DNA of 20,000 nucleotides from an uncultured virus (IMG/VR IMGVR_UViG_3300021092_000028) (taxonomy: Duplodnaviria > Heunggongvirae > Uroviricota > Caudoviricetes), in IMG/VR virus record IMGVR_UViG_3300021092_000028. The stretch is one strand, 5' to 3'. Numbering within the stretch: position 1 is the stretch's first letter; every line of letters starts with the position of its first letter. Shown piece by piece: positions 15,588 through 20,000 of this stretch. Made by a program: the position numbers and the translations under genes. Under the pieces are notes generated by a model. It was not told the DNA's origin. It made no database searches and saw only the letters and a program-made list of their open reading frames with translations.

Positions 15588-18199
15588 TATTTCTTAATAC
15601 CTAGTGTTGCTTGTGCTGTTCTAGTTCCTTTACTATGTGTAGGACTAAAACTTGGTGGTTTAGAACCAGTTGATGGACTTGAACCACTTCCTCTTCTACC
15701 ACCCATTCCACCACCAGCAACTTGTGGTTTTGGTTGTGGTTTTGGAAGTGGTTTTGGTGCAGGTTTTTTTGTTTGAGAACCAGATATTGACATTCTCATC
15801 TTTTCCCTTGCAGTATATTTCGTTCCATCCGGTTTTAATTGTCCCGATTTAATTAATCCTTCTCTCTTTTTTCTATAATTTAAATCATTCTGAACATCTT
15901 TTAAGTTTCCGCCCATTTGCTTCATCATTCTTGCTTGTGCGTCAGGAGCCATCCCTTGTTTTTGGAAACCTTCAAGAGCATTGACCATTGCAATTTTCTG
16001 ATTCTTCATTGCAAGTCTTTGGTCATTCTCTTTATATGCACCAGGATTAATCATTCTGCCAAGTGATTCGAGAGGATTAGTAGTTCCAGTTCCAGGTTTT
16101 GATGGTCTTACATAAGTCAACTTTCCATTCTTCATTGCCTTATGACCAACAAAAGGTCTACCTTTACTATCAGTCATCACCATTGTTTTTGGTGCATCTT
16201 TAAATTCTTGTTTTTTCAATCCATAACCACCTTTAATTGCACCACCAACTCCACCACGACTCATTCGTTCTTTTGCTGCATTGACTCCAGACAAATCATC
16301 AGCAAGTTTTCCACCCAACGAAGCACCACCAAAACCACCAGCAACTCCACCAATAATTGCACCTATGGCAGCGCCAGGAGCGGCACCAACTCCCCCAAAC
16401 ATTGCACCTATGGCACCACCAATTAATGCACCGCCCTTCGCTCCTGCCATCCATCCAACTTGACCACCGAGCGCAGAACCAGCAGCACCTAATCCTGCTT
16501 GTGCTGTTGTTTGTCCTGCTTGTTTTCTATCGTTAAATTCCATAGCAGCAAAAGCTGCTTGTAAAGCACCACCATAACCTCTAACATTAGGTTTTGGAGT
16601 TCTAACATCAGTTGATAATGCTCCACCTCTAGGTTGTCCTTGTGGTGTTGGTCTTGTTATAGATGTTGATGGTGGTTTTGATGAAGATTGTGGTCGTGGT
16701 GTTTGAACTCTGGTTGTTTTTTGTTTAATGTTTGCCCACTCTGGTGGTTTTCCAGTTTTCATATAGGTCTTCATAAAATCTCTTGAAGCACGATTCACAG
16801 ATTCAAAGTCACCATAATCTGCACCCCTAGCAAATTTGCTAGGATTCATCTTCATATAATTTGACCAGGCTTCTTGTGCTGCAACTGGATCTCCAACATA
16901 ACCGCCGCCGGCAGCGTGCATAATGCCACTAGCAATCTGAGGAATATTAGTTCCTCCACCAGCAGCATTCATTGATTCAAAAGTATCAACTCCAAACTTA
17001 CGAACTGCCCCTGCAGACATAACAAACTCACCATCAGTAAGCATTGCAGGAACTTTATCTCTTCCTTTTGGACCCTTTACAAGACCACTGAACATATTGC
17101 CAAAGAAATTTTTGGCACCACTAAACATGTTACCAAAACCTTTATTCCATCCACCACCACTGAATTGTGGAACTGCTGCTTCCTTTTTGTCTCCTCCAGC
17201 AAGACTTTCAATACCTTTACCTAATGCTAAAGTTCCACCAATTGTTGCAACAGCACTTAATCCAGCACCTAAAAGTTTACCTTTTGGTCCACCAAGAAAA
17301 CTTGCTGCTGCTCCAAATTTTTTCAGTCCAGCAGATGCAAGGAGACGAGCAGTTAAAGCACCAAGTTTAATAGCACCTTTGATTAAAAACCCAGTTAGTT
17401 TACCAACAAACCTACCAATACCAGTTCCAAATCTCAGATATAATGCTAGAAGAGTTGGCCAATGGTCACTGAAAAATCTGATTATACTGTTAATCTTTCC
17501 TTGATTATTCGGGTCAGCAAACCAATCTAAAAGTTTTAGAACAATTCTACCAAGAACTACATTGGTAATAAATTGTACTATTCTATCCCAAATAGATTGG
17601 AATGGTTTTGTAATTATAGAAAGTGCTTTCTTTATACCATCAAATCGTTTTGATTCTAAATCCCTTTCTCTTCCACCTCTTCGTCTTGTTTCAGAATCTC
17701 TTCTTTCTCTATCAACTCTTTTTCTATTTTCCTTGTTAATATCGGTGAGAGTTCTTAGAATTGAATCTAAGGTCTTACTGATACGAAGAAGTGGATCACT
17801 TTCTGTCCTTTTCTTTTTAGAAACTTTTTCTACTTTTTCTTTTACATCTTTTCCACCTTTTGGAATTCCTCCAACAGGCATCAGCATTATTCTTTGCTGA
17901 GTTACTTTTGCTTGCTTTCGAATTCCACCAAGACCGAGACCAGTTGCAGTTACTTTCGATTTCTTAGAAACTATTCTAAATCTACCTTTTTTTCCTCTTA
18001 CTCTTTTAAATTCTTTCTGTATTAATTCTGCTTCACCACTATCAATTTTTCTTCCTGCACTAATTTCAGTGAGAAGTTCTCTTAAATATTTACTATAAGT
18101 TTCATAGTCAAGTTCATCAACCTCGTTAGGTTCTAAGGCTAGTAATCTTAGAATTACCTCATCTATATTCTCTGTAGGTAAAGTAGGATTACCAGCCAT
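15587..18199 (-). CDS. Tape-measure-like tail protein
   Basis: 870 aa, Gly/Ala/Lys-rich, with glycine-zipper helices and the GPKGRDKVPAMLTDGEFVMSAGAV motif common in tape-measure proteins. It lies directly downstream of the gp26/gp51-like pair. Confidence 0.72.
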   Translation of the reverse strand: MAGNPTLPTENIDEVILRLLALEPNEVDELDYETYSKYLRELLTEISAGRKIDSGEAELIQKEFKRVRGKKGRFRIVSKKSKVTATGLGLGGIRKQAKVTQQRIMLMPVGGIPKGGKDVKEKVEKVSKKKRTESDPLLRISKTLDSILRTLTDINKENRKRVDRERRDSETRRRGGRERDLESKRFDGIKKALSIITKPFQSIWDRIVQFITNVVLGRIVLKLLDWFADPNNQGKINSIIRFFSDHWPTLLALYLRFGTGIGRFVGKLTGFLIKGAIKLGALTARLLASAGLKKFGAAASFLGGPKGKLLGAGLSAVATIGGTLALGKGIESLAGGDKKEAAVPQFSGGGWNKGFGNMFSGAKNFFGNMFSGLVKGPKGRDKVPAMLTDGEFVMSAGAVRKFGVDTFESMNAAGGGTNIPQIASGIMHAAGGGYVGDPVAAQEAWSNYMKMNPSKFARGADYGDFESVNRASRDFMKTYMKTGKPPEWANIKQKTTRVQTPRPQSSSKPPSTSITRPTPQGQPRGGALSTDVRTPKPNVRGYGGALQAAFAAMEFNDRKQAGQTTAQAGLGAAGSALGGQVGWMAGAKGGALIGGAIGAMFGGVGAAPGAAIGAIIGGVAGGFGGASLGGKLADDLSGVNAAKERMSRGGVGGAIKGGYGLKKQEFKDAPKTMVMTDSKGRPFVGHKAMKNGKLTYVRPSKPGTGTTNPLESLGRMINPGAYKENDQRLAMKNQKIAMVNALEGFQKQGMAPDAQARMMKQMGGNLKDVQNDLNYRKKREGLIKSGQLKPDGTKYTAREKMRMSISGSQTKKPAPKPLPKPQPKPQVAGGGMGGRRGSGSSPSTGSKPPSFSPTHSKGTRTAQATLGIKK

Positions 18200-18362
18200 T
18201 ACTTTGTTGTTGTTGTTTTAACTCTTCTTCTTCAATATGTTGCTTGAGAAGTTCAACATAAATGTCTCTTTCCCAAGGTATCATATTTTCTATTTCTGTC
18301 AATGAATATTTATGGTACTGCATTAACGAAAAATTAAGTCTGAAGTAGTTTTCAAGGTCCAT
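18189..18362 (-). CDS. gp51: gp51-like baseplate hub assembly protein (possibly made mainly as a -1 frameshift extension of the upstream ORF)
   Basis: MDLENYFRLNFSLMQYHKYSLTEIENMIPWERDIYVELL matches the short cyanomyovirus gp51-annotated family. Its frame is open back to the slippery site at 18380-18386, and there is no clear RBS. Confidence 0.8.
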   Translation of the reverse strand: MDLENYFRLNFSLMQYHKYSLTEIENMIPWERDIYVELLKQHIEEEELKQQQQSNGW

Positions 18363-18373
18363 ATGGACCAATG

Positions 18374-19093
18374 CTATGCGAAAAAACTTGATAGCCCTTC
18401 CAGAACAACTTCACTTTCGACTTGAGTATTTGGATTTGTAATCTTCACTGTATGAGATAGTTTAGGCATTGTCTCAAAGAACTTCTCAATCTGCTTAAAC
18501 TGACTTGAATTCATTTGGTCAAGAAACTCCATGAGTTCTTTCTTAGTCACATCAGCAGCTGCCCAAACTTCATCTTCACTATAAATTTTATCTACACAAG
18601 AAGCAACCAATTCAAAGGATTGCTCCATTGCATTATTATTTGAAAGATCAAAGTTATTCTTAATAAATTGTTCTAATGATGGATACTTCATTTCCATCAT
18701 CAAATGAGCATCTAATTTAATCTTATTATCGTGCTCTTCGTTCTTTTGAACTTTAATATCATCAACGTTGAGTTTGATGGGGACGGTTGTTTCTCCATCA
18801 TCTGGACAGATAATATTAACCTCAATTTCTTCACCTACAGACTTACCACGAATATTTAAAAACAAATATTCAATATCAAATGTAGGAAGAGATTCTACTT
18901 TGATTCCTTTAGTTTCAATACAATTTTTAATTACCGTTTTAATTGCCGTTGTAATCTGTTTAGTATCTTCAGATTCAAGAGCAATAACTAAAAGTTTTTC
19001 TTCTTTAACTAGAAAAGGTCTATATTTTACAGTCTCTCCAGTAGAAGGCAATTCCAACTGATAAGTTGGAGTAGTAATTTTTGGTAAAGGCAT
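18374..19093 (-). CDS. gp26: gp26-like baseplate hub subunit / assembly chaperone
   Basis: 239 aa, MPLPKITTPTYQLELPSTGETVKYRPFLVKEEKLL...FDIEYLFLNIRGKSVGE...LEGLSSFFA, the T4-like gp26-annotated family. AGGAGA RBS at 19096-19101. Confidence 0.88.
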   Translation of the reverse strand: MPLPKITTPTYQLELPSTGETVKYRPFLVKEEKLLVIALESEDTKQITTAIKTVIKNCIETKGIKVESLPTFDIEYLFLNIRGKSVGEEIEVNIICPDDGETTVPIKLNVDDIKVQKNEEHDNKIKLDAHLMMEMKYPSLEQFIKNNFDLSNNNAMEQSFELVASCVDKIYSEDEVWAAADVTKKELMEFLDQMNSSQFKQIEKFFETMPKLSHTVKITNPNTQVESEVVLEGLSSFFA

Positions 19094-19119
19094 AATCTCC
19101 TAAAACAATTCAGGTACTT

Positions 19120-19127
19120 TATTTATT
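19120..19127 (-). promoter_or_regulatory. Late-promoter-like AATAAATA upstream of the gp26-like gene
   Basis: 7/8 match to TATAAATA, 26 nt upstream of the ATG at 19093. Confidence 0.6.
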
Positions 19128-20000
19128 ATGGGGCAAGAGGCCCTACGTTTCTACCAACATATGGAAGACCTTCTTCTACAGGTCTTTGATTTGATGAAAC
19201 TGCACTTATAATTTCTTCACCCTCTCCAACAGTATTAGATAAAGTACCAGCGGATATTCCATACTGACTTGGTGCAATATTATTAAAGAGAGAACTATCA
19301 TTCAAGGATGCATTACCAGTAAATGCATTAGTTGCTACTTGACCACCAGCATAAGATACCTCGGATGGATTTGGGATTCCTGTTGCTGGTGATGGAGTTG
19401 ATGGTTCCGCTTGAAGAGGTCTATCTCTTGGATTGTCAACAAAATATCTATCATATGTAAAAGAAACTGTGCATTTTAAAAGTTGAGATGAATCATAAGA
19501 AACTGGCATAGAAGTTACAGAAATTGGAAAGGCATTCACAAAAGTATAAGTCATAACTCTATTACTACCTTTTTTAATTCCAAAGTCTCTTTCAAATTTT
19601 TTAATATAAATTGCACTTGCTTTATATTGCTTTGGATAAGGACTTCTAAATGAAACATCAGTTTTTTCACCAAAAGAAAGTTGCTCACCAGCAATAAATC
19701 TCATCCACACTTCAAAAAGTCTAATCTGTAAATAATCTCTATCAACATAAAAAGTAAAATCTACACGATCATCATAAAGTCTTCTATATGCGTGTCTTTG
19801 AGTAACACCTGTGAAATCGTTATTTAATTCGTGAGTTGCTAATGAAGAACCAGGTAATGAAGCATCAGAGCAAGAAATTGTTAGAGTTTCTGTAGTTACT
19901 GGTGAATTAGCATTAATCGTGTTATATGATAACTGCTTCTTAACCTCTTCCGGAATAACAAAATAGCACTCAAAATGAGAAGATAATGCCGGTTGCATTA
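19126..20000 (-). CDS. Tail tube-fold protein (gp54-like baseplate-tube initiator), 5' end probably outside the window
   Basis: Motifs SCSDASLPGSSLAT, VDFTFYVD...FEVWM and YTFVNAFPISVTSMPVSYD...CTVSFTYD are typical of the gp19/gp54 tube fold. The frame is open to the window edge, so the ATG at 19998 may be internal. Confidence 0.72.
   Translation of the reverse strand, partial: MQPALSSHFECYFVIPEEVKKQLSYNTINANSPVTTETLTISCSDASLPGSSLATHELNNDFTGVTQRHAYRRLYDDRVDFTFYVDRDYLQIRLFEVWMRFIAGEQLSFGEKTDVSFRSPYPKQYKASAIYIKKFERDFGIKKGSNRVMTYTFVNAFPISVTSMPVSYDSSQLLKCTVSFTYDRYFVDNPRDRPLQAEPSTPSPATGIPNPSEVSYAGGQVATNAFTGNASLNDSSLFNNIAPSQYGISAGTLSNTVGEGEEIISAVSSNQRPVEEGLPYVGRNVGPLAP

Noticed and set aside
15722..15772. 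Short tandem GGTTTTGG-type repeats
   Set aside because: They encode the low-complexity KPAPKPLPKPQPKPQ linker and are not a CRISPR array or DNA-level repeat element.
7462..19061. Numerous plus-strand and nested ORFs (e.g. 14263..14811, 17097..17504, 17562..17900, 18768..19061)
   Set aside because: They are antisense shadows of long minus-strand genes, as expected from codon bias, with no plus-strand expression signals.
1..20000. CRISPR arrays, introns/inteins, homing endonucleases, DGR or genetic-code reassignment
   Set aside because: I saw no repeat-spacer arrays and no HNH/GIY-YIG/RT/intein motifs. TAA, TAG and TGA all end genes normally, and long ORFs are intact under the standard code.

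Overview
AT-rich segment of a T4-like myovirus, almost certainly a cyanophage (it encodes a phage-type CP12 and typical cyanomyovirus tail and baseplate proteins). All genuine genes are on the minus strand. In transcription order (right to left): gp54/tube-like gene (5' end probably outside the window), gp26-like, gp51-like, two tandem tape-measure-like proteins (the second with a SleB/Hydrolase_2-like domain), gp27-like hub, cp12, three ORFs that together resemble gp5 (OB-fold, middle, spike), and a 250-aa tail-associated protein. A cassette behind a perfect sigma70 promoter follows, with small ORFs, tRNA-Leu(UAA), tRNA-Thr(UGU) and a Mom-like GNAT DNA-modification gene. Next come a candidate ~65-nt sRNA with its own promoter and terminator, and a >1350-codon fibre/structural gene that the ORF track missed. 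Top hypotheses: (1) a lambda G/GT-type -1 frameshift fusing the gp26-like and gp51-like ORFs; (2) a phage sRNA whose 5' end is nearly complementary to the conserved motif of the cyanobacterial sRNA Yfr1; (3) a Mom-like hypermodification enzyme in an early island with two non-canonical tRNAs. Family assignments are from motif recognition only; no database searches were run.
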